This document shows, in pieces, positions 37,260-47,345 of a stretch of 64,000 bases of DNA; the stretch's first letter is position 1; every line of letters begins with the position of its first letter. Below the pieces are notes generated by a model that was not told the DNA's origin, did not search any database, and saw nothing but the letters and a program-made list of their open reading frames with translations. This DNA is from a virus: IMG/VR virus record IMGVR_UViG_3300020057_000027, positions 100,107 through 164,106 of that record, one strand, 5' to 3'. The position numbers and the translations under genes were made by a program.

Positions 37260-38447
37260 ATGGCTAAACTACGAAACATCACAACAGTCGTAGGATGCGC
37301 AGGGGTCCCAGTCGGAACAATTGTTGCGTTTGGTGCTTCTACGGTTCCGGCAGGCTGGCTATTATGTGATGGTTCACCCATTTCAAGAACAACGTATCTA
37401 GATCTATTTAATGCTGTTAATACTATTCACGGAGCTGGTGATGGTTCTACTACATTTAATATCCCAGACATAAGACAAAGATTTATTTTAGGTAAAGCTG
37501 CTTCAGGCACAGGAAATATTCTAGGAACTTTTGGTGGTTCTATAGATCATAATCATACTGTAGCAGGACACTTTCATGGTATGGGAGCAGGAGCAGATCT
37601 TAATATTAGTTCTTCAGGTTCTCATACTATTGTATTAGATCACTCACATTCTGCCGGAACTACTGGAGCTGGTTCTGCTCACACTCACGGATTAGGAACT
37701 ATTGCTACTTCCGCCACTTCACACAGCCACGCACACACTTTAGGCACTGATACTGTTGGAGCCCACACTCATGATATTAGTCATGGACATAGTGCGAGTT
37801 CTGGTTTACAATCAGCAAACCATTCTCACAATGTTAATGGAAATACGAACACTGATGGTCTACACGGACATAATATTCAAGACCCACAACATTTACATTA
37901 TCAAACAACTACAGCTAATCCTGGATCAGGTAATGGTTCTGCTCCTTATCAAAATGGTGTAAAAGCAACTTACGATTTCGATGCATCAAATTTAACTTCT
38001 TATCCTGGAGCAGGCGCCACAGAATATAGTTATACCGGAGTCTATATAAATGCTGGTGGAGAATCTAACCATTCTCATGGTATTGCTATTGTTTCTGGTG
38101 GTGATAACAGTAATCACAATCACGCAATCACAGTAAATTCTTTAGGTGGTTCAAGCGGTGGAGCAGGATCTCATAGTCATGAGGTGAATACAGGCTCAAT
38201 CACCGCAGAATCCGCACACGTTCATACTGTTACTGGAGCTCCTGCTACTGAATCAGCACACACTCATTCATTTACTACTCCTGCTTTTGTTGGTAACTCT
38301 TCAAGCACTGGCGTTCATGTACACGCATCTGGAACTTTTGCTGGTAGAATTGGTAATGTAACAGGAGCTATAGATGGTAACTCTCCGATAACTTCTAATA
38401 CAAGCAACCCTCCGTTTTATGTATTAAATCATATTATTAAATATTAA
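37260..38447 (+). CDS. short fibre: collar domain plus His-rich needle
   Basis: collar PVGTIVAF...P.GWLLCDGS.ISRT.Y.DLF; about 16 HxH motifs; ends NPPFYVLNHIIKY. Confidence 0.88.
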   Translation: MAKLRNITTVVGCAGVPVGTIVAFGASTVPAGWLLCDGSPISRTTYLDLFNAVNTIHGAGDGSTTFNIPDIRQRFILGKAASGTGNILGTFGGSIDHNHTVAGHFHGMGAGADLNISSSGSHTIVLDHSHSAGTTGAGSAHTHGLGTIATSATSHSHAHTLGTDTVGAHTHDISHGHSASSGLQSANHSHNVNGNTNTDGLHGHNIQDPQHLHYQTTTANPGSGNGSAPYQNGVKATYDFDASNLTSYPGAGATEYSYTGVYINAGGESNHSHGIAIVSGGDNSNHNHAITVNSLGGSSGGAGSHSHEVNTGSITAESAHVHTVTGAPATESAHTHSFTTPAFVGNSSSTGVHVHASGTFAGRIGNVTGAIDGNSPITSNTSNPPFYVLNHIIKY

Positions 38448-38475
38448 CTAAATATTGGAAAAGAAGATTTAACAA

Positions 38476-41400
38476 ATGGCAAGAATTCGTGGTATAGGAC
38501 AGATTGACAGAAACACTAATCTAGTGTCTGATCAATTAATTGGCGTAGAGTCTGGGACTCTTGATACCCTCATTTCAACTGACGGCACGCAAGTTCGTTT
38601 TGTTAAAGAAGGTACTGGAGCTTTAGCTTACTTTGAATCCAACAAACTTCTTTGGACTTCTAGTGCTGGTTTAACGCACGTTGTTGGAACTAATTCTGTT
38701 GATGGTGCTGATACTAGAACACTTCTTTTAAGTTCTTCTGATAGTGCTAACGCCGCTAGAGGTGCTTTCATTACTCTTGCTGGTAATGAGGCTTCAGTAA
38801 ATCCTAGTTCTATATTTCTTACTAGTGGCAATGCTACTAACTCTTTAATCTCTATTAACGCAACTGGAAGTAATGGTACTATACAATTACATTCCTCAAA
38901 TATTTTGCGATTAACACTTACTTCAGGTGGTTCATTAGAATATAATAACAACATGACTATTCATGCGGCGTCTGTTGATGGTGCTGATAATCAAAGAATA
39001 GTTATTAATGGTGGCGGTAATACTGGTGGTATAGATCCTGCTAGAGGAGCTGGTTTACAACTTTCTGGTAATGAAGAATCTAATCCTGGCTTAGCACAGA
39101 TATTTTCTGGTGATGCAGTTGGAAGTAAAATACAATTCTTTACTCCTGGAAATTATCCAATTAGATTTTGGACTAACTCAACACAAAGATGGGACATAGA
39201 CGGCTCTGGTCATTTAGTTCCTGCTAGTGCTTCAGCATATAATTTTGGTAGTGCTAGTTCTCCTGTCAACAATGTTTACGCAACAAGTATTGGTTTATTT
39301 GCTGCATCAAGTTTTTCTATATTTACTAACAACATTAATAGATGGCAAGTAAATTCTACTGGAAGTTTTATTCCTGGAGCCAGCAATACTTACGATATTG
39401 GTACTGATACATCAAGAGTTAGTCGCATCTATGCACAAAATGAATTAAGAGTTGATGCTATTAGTAAAGCTGATGCTGATGGAGTTATGTCTTTCGCTTC
39501 GGGTACAGGAGCATTACCATATATTAAATTACAAGGAACAACTGGTAATAAAATTACTGCTGGAACTTCTGATGGTGCTGATAATACATATGTAAAATTG
39601 GCGGGTGGTGGAGATGTAGGAAGTTCTCGTGGTGCTACCATAGAATTATATGGTAATGAAGCTCCATCTTCTAACAACGGAAAAGTTTTAATTCAAGGTG
39701 GACAAGATGCTAATGGAACAATACAACTTCAAACCAATAATGCTTCTGCTGGAATTAATTTAACTACTGGTGGTAACAGTGCCAATATAACTCTTGAAGG
39801 AAATTCTGGTGGTGCAAAATGGTTATATGTTGCTAACGATGGTGAATTAGAATTTACTGGAACAACTACCGGCTTTATTGGTACTACAACAAGTGATGGA
39901 GCAGATAACGCATCACTATATCTTTCTGCCGGCGGTGGCGGCGCGGGAACAAACGCGAGTTTGCCAACTAGAACTGGTTCTCTAACACTTAGAGGTAATG
40001 AAAATGCTTTTGGTGGTCAAGTATTCCTACAAGGTGGAGCTGTTGCTTCAGGTAAAATAAGATTACAAACCAATCACGCAACACCAACTATTGATATTGA
40101 AGCAAATACTTTAGTTACTTGGTCATTCAATAGCACAGGACAACTAGTTCAAAATGCAACCAATGGCGATAATATAATCATTAACCGTAATGGTAAAGGT
40201 ATATTCCATGGCAATAATGCTATGGACTTGATTTTTGGTGATAGCACTCTCGGAGCTTTCATTGTTGCTAGTGGTAGTACAGTAAGCAGTGAAATGTTAA
40301 TTTCTACTGGCCCAACGGTTTCTGGAGCTGCTTTATATCTAAGAGCGCAAGGCGCAACTGCTCCTATATTATTACAAGCTGGAGGTGCTACTACTAGATG
40401 GTCTGTATTATCTTCAGGTCATTATGTTCCTTTTGTCGGCAGCACATATGATATTGGAACTACTTCATTAAGAGTTAGAAATCTTTATGTAGATAATATA
40501 ATTGGAGGTGCTGGTGGTGGCTCATTAAGCACATTAGCTAATGATACATTCTTAAATGGTAGAAACTTTGCTAATAGTGCTGATGTTGGTTTAATTAAAT
40601 TAAGTGTTGCTGATGATACTACTATTAGTTCAGCTAGTGCTAAGAAAATTAAATTAATGAATATTGCTGGTTCTGCTTATGTTGGCACATTTGATTATGT
40701 TAATCAATCTTTAACCCTTGCTGCCACTGCTGGTGTTAGTAGATTAATTCAAACTTCTGCCACTATTGATTCTCGTTGGACACTTGATGTTGCTAACTCA
40801 CGATCAATAGTAGGAAATACAACTTCTCATGATTTATATTTTAATACAACCAATTTAAATAGATGGTATATTGATACCACAGGAAGACTTGCGGAAGATC
40901 CTACAAATGGTAATGGTATTCTATTACAAAATCCTACAAGTGGTATAGAATATAATAGTGCTTCAGGCGATCTATATTTCGGTTCTATACAGTCTAATGA
41001 TCTTAGATTCTATACTAATAATAGTAATAGATGGAGAATAAAAAATACTTCAGGTAACTTAGAGCAAGATGTAACTAACGGCGGCGATCTTGTATTTAAT
41101 AAGTCTTCTGGAATTATTCGACAAGGCACTGTTGATGCGACAGATACTAACTCTATTTCTCTAGTCGGCGGTGGTGCAGAAGCGACTAGCAGAGGCTCAT
41201 ATATTAGAGTTTCTGGTAATGAACATGCAGATTTAGGAAAAGTAATAATTCAATCGGGTGCAGTAGCCGGCGCAGATATTAGAATGGACGTTGGCTCTAA
41301 TGCTAACATCTATCAACTTTCTATCGGTAATACACCGGTAGATCAAAATTCTGGCACATTAAGAACTTTCACTACTAGAGATCGTCCAACCGTGGATGGC

Positions 41401-43395
41401 GTGAACTTCATATTCAATGCAAAATATCCAGATATTACTTCCACTGTAACTCGTTATCAAAAAGTTGCAGAGTTTAGAGGTTATGATCCTAAAATAAATG
41501 TTGGTATAACTGATTCTGGTTATAGAATTGGTATAGCAGTTGAGCATTACTTCAATACAGCAAATTTTGCTGGAACCCTTGCTGAACAGTATGGTACATG
41601 GTCGAGAGTTGGACTCCATACTCTTAATCCAACCGGCACAATATCTAATTCATATGCACTATATGCAGAAACTTTAAATTTTGGTATAGCTGGCTCTATC
41701 ACTAATGCTTGGGGTATCTTTCAAGCATCAAACGGTGGCGGGAATACTAAGAACTATTTTGAGGGTCGTGTTGGTATTGGTGTTGCGCCTGCGACCGGAT
41801 TCTTTCTCGATGTTGCTGGAGCATTACAAGTTGCCGGTAACATTCAGTACACTCCTTCTATATTTTCTATTGCTGCAAATACTGCTGATGGTGCAGACAA
41901 TAAGAAAATTATAATTGGTGGTGGCGGTGCTGCTGGATTTGCACAAGTAGGACGTGGCGCATATCTAGAACTTGGCGGCAACGAAAGTAATTCTGGTGGT
42001 GCAACACTTTCAACTGGTGACGCTGGCGGACATCTATATCTCTACACTCGTAACAGTGCTGCTGATATTTACTTTAATGCAGGAGCAATCGGAAACTGGA
42101 AAGCATCTGGTGCAGACGGCGACCTAGTATTCAGTGGTTCAACTTCAAGAATTCATGCTGATACTGCTGATGGCGCAGACACAAAAAGACTATTACTTTG
42201 TGGTGGTGGAATTCAAGGTGATTCTAGAGGCGGTACAATATATCTCTACGGAAATGAGCACGGAAGCACCGGTTCAGTAGAAATATTAGCAGGCGGTGCA
42301 GGTTCAATCTATTTTGAAACTCTAAATGCTGTTCAGTGGCAAGTTCAAAATGCTGGACATTTAGTACCTGGCTCAAATAATACAAAAGATATTGGTAATT
42401 CTAGCTTAGGTATACGCGACATTTACTTGCGCGATCTTTTAGTTAGAGGTGCAATCACTGGCACTGCAACTAACACACTTAATATCACAACTGGTACTGT
42501 TGATGGCACAGACAACATGAGATTAGAAATATCTGGTGGTGGTGATATTGGTTCTTCTCGTGGAGCTTATATTTCTCTTTTTGGTAATGAAGAAGCTAAT
42601 ACGGGAAGAATAGATCTTGTTGCCGGTAACGTTTCTGGTGGACATATTACTATATCAACTGCCGGAGCAGAGAGATGGAGAATAATAAACTCATCAAATT
42701 CTAACTTACAGTTCAGCACAACAAACGGTTATATTTTCGCTACTACTTCTGATGGCTCGGACAGTGCTAGACTTATTCTATCGGGTGGCGGCAACGTTTT
42801 AGATACTGCTAGAGGCGGTTACATTACTATCAATGGTAATGAACATGCTGGACTTGGTGGTATTCAAATACAATCTGGAATTGGTACGGCTGGTGTTGGT
42901 ATTAACATTCAAGTTAATAGCACTACCGGAGAACTAAATCTTGGCACTAATGCTACAACAAGATTAGCTATAGATGCTAATGGTAGAACACAACATAGAG
43001 CATTTACTGGCTACACACCTTCAGGTAAATTTGAAATTCCCGTAGTAGCAAATACAACTAATGCGACTACAGCTAATCTTTATACTTTAACATTAGCAGA
43101 TAATACTACCTACATATTCACTGTAACTCTTGGCGGAAGATTTAATAGCACTACAGCCAAAGGTATTGGTGGAAAACTTAAGTTCACTGTCTATAGAAAC
43201 AATGCTGGAGCTGCTGTTATTGCTTCAGACTTGGGAGGAAGAATTAAAGAAATAGAAACCTATGGTTCTCCGGGATATGATTTTGATGTAGATGTTTCAA
43301 GTAATGATATAAGAATCAGAATTACTGGAGCGGCGGCAGAAACAGTTTCTTGGATTGGTAATATAGAATACTTAGCGGTTTCAACGGCAACATAA
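38476..43395 (+). CDS. long modular tail fibre/spike with nine DGAD...GGG...RGA.I.L.GNE modules
   Basis: repeats visible in the translation; late promoter at 38448. Confidence 0.85.
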   Translation: MARIRGIGQIDRNTNLVSDQLIGVESGTLDTLISTDGTQVRFVKEGTGALAYFESNKLLWTSSAGLTHVVGTNSVDGADTRTLLLSSSDSANAARGAFITLAGNEASVNPSSIFLTSGNATNSLISINATGSNGTIQLHSSNILRLTLTSGGSLEYNNNMTIHAASVDGADNQRIVINGGGNTGGIDPARGAGLQLSGNEESNPGLAQIFSGDAVGSKIQFFTPGNYPIRFWTNSTQRWDIDGSGHLVPASASAYNFGSASSPVNNVYATSIGLFAASSFSIFTNNINRWQVNSTGSFIPGASNTYDIGTDTSRVSRIYAQNELRVDAISKADADGVMSFASGTGALPYIKLQGTTGNKITAGTSDGADNTYVKLAGGGDVGSSRGATIELYGNEAPSSNNGKVLIQGGQDANGTIQLQTNNASAGINLTTGGNSANITLEGNSGGAKWLYVANDGELEFTGTTTGFIGTTTSDGADNASLYLSAGGGGAGTNASLPTRTGSLTLRGNENAFGGQVFLQGGAVASGKIRLQTNHATPTIDIEANTLVTWSFNSTGQLVQNATNGDNIIINRNGKGIFHGNNAMDLIFGDSTLGAFIVASGSTVSSEMLISTGPTVSGAALYLRAQGATAPILLQAGGATTRWSVLSSGHYVPFVGSTYDIGTTSLRVRNLYVDNIIGGAGGGSLSTLANDTFLNGRNFANSADVGLIKLSVADDTTISSASAKKIKLMNIAGSAYVGTFDYVNQSLTLAATAGVSRLIQTSATIDSRWTLDVANSRSIVGNTTSHDLYFNTTNLNRWYIDTTGRLAEDPTNGNGILLQNPTSGIEYNSASGDLYFGSIQSNDLRFYTNNSNRWRIKNTSGNLEQDVTNGGDLVFNKSSGIIRQGTVDATDTNSISLVGGGAEATSRGSYIRVSGNEHADLGKVIIQSGAVAGADIRMDVGSNANIYQLSIGNTPVDQNSGTLRTFTTRDRPTVDGVNFIFNAKYPDITSTVTRYQKVAEFRGYDPKINVGITDSGYRIGIAVEHYFNTANFAGTLAEQYGTWSRVGLHTLNPTGTISNSYALYAETLNFGIAGSITNAWGIFQASNGGGNTKNYFEGRVGIGVAPATGFFLDVAGALQVAGNIQYTPSIFSIAANTADGADNKKIIIGGGGAAGFAQVGRGAYLELGGNESNSGGATLSTGDAGGHLYLYTRNSAADIYFNAGAIGNWKASGADGDLVFSGSTSRIHADTADGADTKRLLLCGGGIQGDSRGGTIYLYGNEHGSTGSVEILAGGAGSIYFETLNAVQWQVQNAGHLVPGSNNTKDIGNSSLGIRDIYLRDLLVRGAITGTATNTLNITTGTVDGTDNMRLEISGGGDIGSSRGAYISLFGNEEANTGRIDLVAGNVSGGHITISTAGAERWRIINSSNSNLQFSTTNGYIFATTSDGSDSARLILSGGGNVLDTARGGYITINGNEHAGLGGIQIQSGIGTAGVGINIQVNSTTGELNLGTNATTRLAIDANGRTQHRAFTGYTPSGKFEIPVVANTTNATTANLYTLTLADNTTYIFTVTLGGRFNSTTAKGIGGKLKFTVYRNNAGAAVIASDLGGRIKEIETYGSPGYDFDVDVSSNDIRIRITGAAAETVSWIGNIEYLAVSTAT

Positions 43396-43396
43396 T

Positions 43397-44491
43397 ATGG
43401 CAAAGATAGTATCAAGTACAACATACATTGCTCCGACAGGTCAAAACGACTTTGCTACAAAAAAATATGTAGACGATAATGCTGGCGATGCGTCCGGTGG
43501 TATTACTTATACGCCTACTACTTATACCATTAAAGCTAATACTACCGATGGTTCTGATAATAAAAGAATTCTTATTGAGGGCGGCGGAGATTTTGCTACT
43601 GGTAGAGGTGCATATATTGGTATCTATGGTAATGAATTTGCTGGTGGAGAGGGTACATTAGAAATATATGGCGGAGATGCTACTACTGGTGGTTCTGGTA
43701 ATGTTAATATAGGAAGCAGAAGTACAACAGGAGAATTAAGACTATCTACTAATAATTCTATAAGATGGCTTGTAGATTCTGGAGGACATTATGTTCCTAA
43801 TGGAAATATTACTTCAGATATTGGAAATGGTTCTAATTATATTAGAAATCTATATATAGATTCTACCATCGGAACTAGAGTCACACTTAATCGTGGTAGT
43901 GCGTCGGCTGCATCTGCTTCAGGATTTAATGTTCAAGTTGATGGAACTACTTATGGATATTTTAGATTAAGTGATACCGATACTACATTAGATATATCAG
44001 CCAATCAAGATATGTATTTCTTTACTGGAGGTTCTGCTAGATGGTCTATAGCAGCCGCAGGTGGACTTAGAGCGGAAGCAAATAACGCATATGATATTGG
44101 CAGTTCCGGGGCCCGAGTAGCAACCATCTATGCCGTTAATGCTCTTAACACTTCAGATCAGAGATTAAAACAAGGTATCATAAGTATATCTAGTTCTGAT
44201 GCTTTAGATAAAGTATGTGGTTTAGATCCTATAAGATATACATTCAAACCAGAATATGACGATGGTTCAGCAAGAGTCCGAACAGGTTTCTTAGCACAAG
44301 AGGTAATAGATGAAATTCCTGAAGCAGTAGTAGCTGGAGACTCTAATAATAATTTAGAATTTGGTGATGAGGGCTTTGAAGCTTGGTCAATGCAAACTGA
44401 TCATATCATTCCATATCTAGTTGGAGCTATTAAGAAACTTAAAGAAGAACTTGAAGCCGCTAAAGCAAGAATAACAGTATTGGAGAATTAA
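43397..44491 (+). CDS. fibre/spike with C-terminal intramolecular chaperone (peptidase S74)
   Basis: TSD.RLK..I......AL..V..L.P..Y......GF.AQEV....PEAV...LV.AIK.L coiled coil. Confidence 0.9.
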   Translation: MAKIVSSTTYIAPTGQNDFATKKYVDDNAGDASGGITYTPTTYTIKANTTDGSDNKRILIEGGGDFATGRGAYIGIYGNEFAGGEGTLEIYGGDATTGGSGNVNIGSRSTTGELRLSTNNSIRWLVDSGGHYVPNGNITSDIGNGSNYIRNLYIDSTIGTRVTLNRGSASAASASGFNVQVDGTTYGYFRLSDTDTTLDISANQDMYFFTGGSARWSIAAAGGLRAEANNAYDIGSSGARVATIYAVNALNTSDQRLKQGIISISSSDALDKVCGLDPIRYTFKPEYDDGSARVRTGFLAQEVIDEIPEAVVAGDSNNNLEFGDEGFEAWSMQTDHIIPYLVGAIKKLKEELEAAKARITVLEN

Positions 44492-44492
44492 T

Positions 44493-44696
44493 ATGCCACT
44501 AGCACCTAATACATGGCCACTACCGTATACCGCATCATATAGAATGGTTTTTGATAGTGAGAACAGACCATCTTATTATGACATAACTATTACAGATAAT
44601 TCCACAAATGAATCGGTGTCTGCCCAGACTAGTAATGCAGACCCTTTGGAATTAAACAAAACAATAAAAGACTTAGCAGATTTACTATATCCATAG
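44493..44696 (+). CDS. hypothetical protein
   Basis: GGAG RBS, packed after the fibre gene. Confidence 0.65.
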   Translation: MPLAPNTWPLPYTASYRMVFDSENRPSYYDITITDNSTNESVSAQTSNADPLELNKTIKDLADLLYP

Positions 44697-44747
44697 TGGC
44701 TACAAGTTTTAATAAATAATGTAAGATCATTACTTAGGAGACTAATC

Positions 44748-44978
44748 ATGGCAAGACAGAGCGTAGCTATTACACCGAATAACGGTGCAGATCTAGCAAG
44801 ACCCATTACTTCACTGTATGTTGGGGGCGCTGGTGACATCACACTTGAACTAGTCAAAGATGTGCCAGGTGGTACTCAACTTAAATCAGTTCCTGCTGGT
44901 ACATACCTAGAGAATCTAGTCATTAGAAAAATATACGCCACTGGAACAACTGCCACATTTCTAGTGGGGTTCTTTTAA
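44748..44978 (+). CDS. head-spike base protein, RcGTA Rcc01079-like
   Basis: AITP....DL.....LYVGGAG.I..........VPAG..L.....I.ATGTTA..LV matches the recalled family pattern; own late promoter and AGGAG RBS. Confidence 0.75.
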   Translation: MARQSVAITPNNGADLARPITSLYVGGAGDITLELVKDVPGGTQLKSVPAGTYLENLVIRKIYATGTTATFLVGFF

Positions 44979-45481
44979 TGTCAATAAAATCTTATTTCAA
45001 TATTGTTTCTGATGTATTTGAGTTAGTAGATCTCAAAATCTTCTTAACTAAAGTATTACTATTAATCACTGCTTTTCTTGCTCCTATATCAAGCATCATC
45101 TTTGGAGTAGTTTTTCTTGTTGCTTGCGATCTTATCACTGGTGTCATAGCTGCTTTCAAAAAGAAAGAAAAGATTACAAGCTCAAAGCTATCAAGAACTA
45201 TATCCAAACTTCTTGTGTATTTTGTTACTATAGTTGTCTGTAGAATAATTAATGAGTATTTGTTATTTGGGGCTGATGTTGTTCCTCTAACCTCAATGGT
45301 TACTAGCTATATTGCATTAACAGAATTAAAATCTATTCTTGAGAATCTTGATAAGATGACTAAAGGAAAGATGAGTGCATTGGGTGCTATTATGAGAGCA
45401 TTATCAAATGAAAGATTTAGATCCAACGGCAACGGCGCATCAACACCAAAAAGAATTAAAGATAAACCAAAGAGAAAATAA
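44978..45481 (+). CDS. holin (Phage_holin_4_1-like)
   Basis: D.ITGVIAA......ITS.KL.RT..KL..Y ... E..SI.EN with 3 TM segments and a basic tail. Confidence 0.8.
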   Translation: MSIKSYFNIVSDVFELVDLKIFLTKVLLLITAFLAPISSIIFGVVFLVACDLITGVIAAFKKKEKITSSKLSRTISKLLVYFVTIVVCRIINEYLLFGADVVPLTSMVTSYIALTELKSILENLDKMTKGKMSALGAIMRALSNERFRSNGNGASTPKRIKDKPKRK

Positions 45482-45483
45482 CC

Positions 45484-46446
45484 ATGCCACTTCCAGCTAC
45501 CAGAGTTGATTTAATAGAGTGGTGCCTGAGAAAGTTGGGTGCTCCTGTTATTGAATTAAATTTGGATGAAGATCAAATTGAAGACCGCATAGATGAAGGT
45601 CTAGCGTATTTTCGTGACTATCATTTTGATGGTGTAGAGCGTTGTTATCTTAAACATCAAATCACCGCATCAAGTTTTGTAATCACTGGAGCTCCTGTTG
45701 GAGTTTTTGAAAAAAGACAAGTATTGAAGGGAAACACAAGCAATGCTACAGCGTATTTTTATGATGTTGTTGGCCTTAATGTGCGCTTTATTACTGCGGC
45801 TGGAAGCTTTACGCCAGGAGAAACAGTCACCAATCAAACTACCGCCGGCACATTCGTTATTTCTAATACTCCCAATGCAATCGTTATTGGAGATATAGAT
45901 ACAAAATCTATTCCAGTTGGTGATAGAGTAATCAGTGTTACCGATATATTACCTCCACAGAGTTCTTCGCTTGGTGGAAATATGGGTGGTATATTTGACT
46001 TTCAATATCAATGGGCATTGAACAATATGTTCAGCATGGCTTCTACTGATTTAATTACCTACGATATTTACAAAACATATATTGCTACTTGGGAATTTCT
46101 ATTCAGAGGTAAAAAGGGTTTACGTTTTAATAGAAAAACAGATACGCTTTATATTGATATCAATGATTACATGGTAGACCAATTTGTAATTATAGAAGCA
46201 TGGGTAGCATTAGATCCAGAACAATATAAAGAAGTCTACGGAGATGAAATTGTTAGAGAGTATTGCTACAACTTAATCAAAGAACAGTGGGGAAATAACC
46301 TCAAAAAGTTTTCGGGTATTCAACTTCCAGGCGGGATAACTCTCAACGGACAAGTAATCTACGATGAAGCACAAAGAGATTTAGAAAAACTCAGAGAGCG
46401 TATTCGTAAAGAGTTTGAGTTGCCACCTGATTTTATGGTTGGATAA
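45484..46446 (+). CDS. gp13: neck protein
   Basis: P.TR..L..WCLRKLG.PVIE.N...DQIEDRIDE...YHFDG; K.QWG.NL.KF.G.QLPGG.TLNG. Confidence 0.95.
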   Translation: MPLPATRVDLIEWCLRKLGAPVIELNLDEDQIEDRIDEGLAYFRDYHFDGVERCYLKHQITASSFVITGAPVGVFEKRQVLKGNTSNATAYFYDVVGLNVRFITAAGSFTPGETVTNQTTAGTFVISNTPNAIVIGDIDTKSIPVGDRVISVTDILPPQSSSLGGNMGGIFDFQYQWALNNMFSMASTDLITYDIYKTYIATWEFLFRGKKGLRFNRKTDTLYIDINDYMVDQFVIIEAWVALDPEQYKEVYGDEIVREYCYNLIKEQWGNNLKKFSGIQLPGGITLNGQVIYDEAQRDLEKLRERIRKEFELPPDFMVG

Positions 46447-46487
46447 TAGGGCATAAATACCCTATAGCAACAATTTAAGGTGGAACC

Positions 46488-47345
46488 GTGGGAACCAATC
46501 GTTACTTCAATCTATTTAATCCGCGATCAGAACAAAATCTGGTTGACGATCTCAATCGTGAGGCCATACAAATACATGGCATAGATTGTGTGTACCTTCC
46601 AAGATCAAACCAAAAAATAGATCTAGTATTAGGTGAAGATGTTCTCTCTAAATTTGATGACGTATATGATATAGAAGTGTACATTAAAAACGTAGATGGC
46701 TTTGAAGGTCAAGGAACTTTAATGAACAAGTTCGGGATTGATATCAAAGATCAGATCACTTTAACTATTTCACGCACAAGATTTAACGATGTAGTAGGAA
46801 CAGAATTAGAAAGACCAAGAGAAGGTGATTTAATTTACTTTCCTCTAAACAATGCACTATTAGAAATTAGATATGTAGAACATGAAAGTGTATTTTATAA
46901 TCTTGGCGAAAGATATGTTTACGAATTAAAATGTGAACAGTATGCTTTCTCACATGAAGAAGTTAAAACTGGAGTTGATGCAATTGATGAAATTGCTGAT
47001 ATAGCGGCATCAAGTATATTCTTAAAACTTGGAGTTGGTGTTGGTACTTTTCAACAAGGCGAAATTGTTTATCAAGGTTTAGATCTATTAGAAGCAGATG
47101 CAAAAGCTACTGTTATTCAAGCAATCTTTCCTGCTGGACAACTTCAAGTTAAAGATATTTTTGGTGTGTTTGATCCTACTAACGGCCCAGTTAAAGGTGT
47201 TAAAAGTGCCGCTTCATATTCTCTAACATCTCTTAATACTCAAGCTATTAGTGATCCATTAGCAGAGAATGTTCCTATTCAGACAGAGAGTGATTCTATT
47301 ATAGATTTCACTGAGAACAATCCATTTTCTGAGGATGACTTCTAA
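46488..47345 (+). CDS. gp14: neck protein
   Basis: EQ.LV.DL..E.IQ..G.D..YLPR; RP.EGDLIYFPL; DF.E.NPF. Confidence 0.95.
   Translation: MGTNRYFNLFNPRSEQNLVDDLNREAIQIHGIDCVYLPRSNQKIDLVLGEDVLSKFDDVYDIEVYIKNVDGFEGQGTLMNKFGIDIKDQITLTISRTRFNDVVGTELERPREGDLIYFPLNNALLEIRYVEHESVFYNLGERYVYELKCEQYAFSHEEVKTGVDAIDEIADIAASSIFLKLGVGVGTFQQGEIVYQGLDLLEADAKATVIQAIFPAGQLQVKDIFGVFDPTNGPVKGVKSAASYSLTSLNTQAISDPLAENVPIQTESDSIIDFTENNPFSEDDF

Noticed and set aside
33040-37560. Diversity-generating retroelement among similar fibre segments
   Set aside because: The similarity is between coding collar paralogues, differences are not adenine-specific, and there is no reverse transcriptase in the window.
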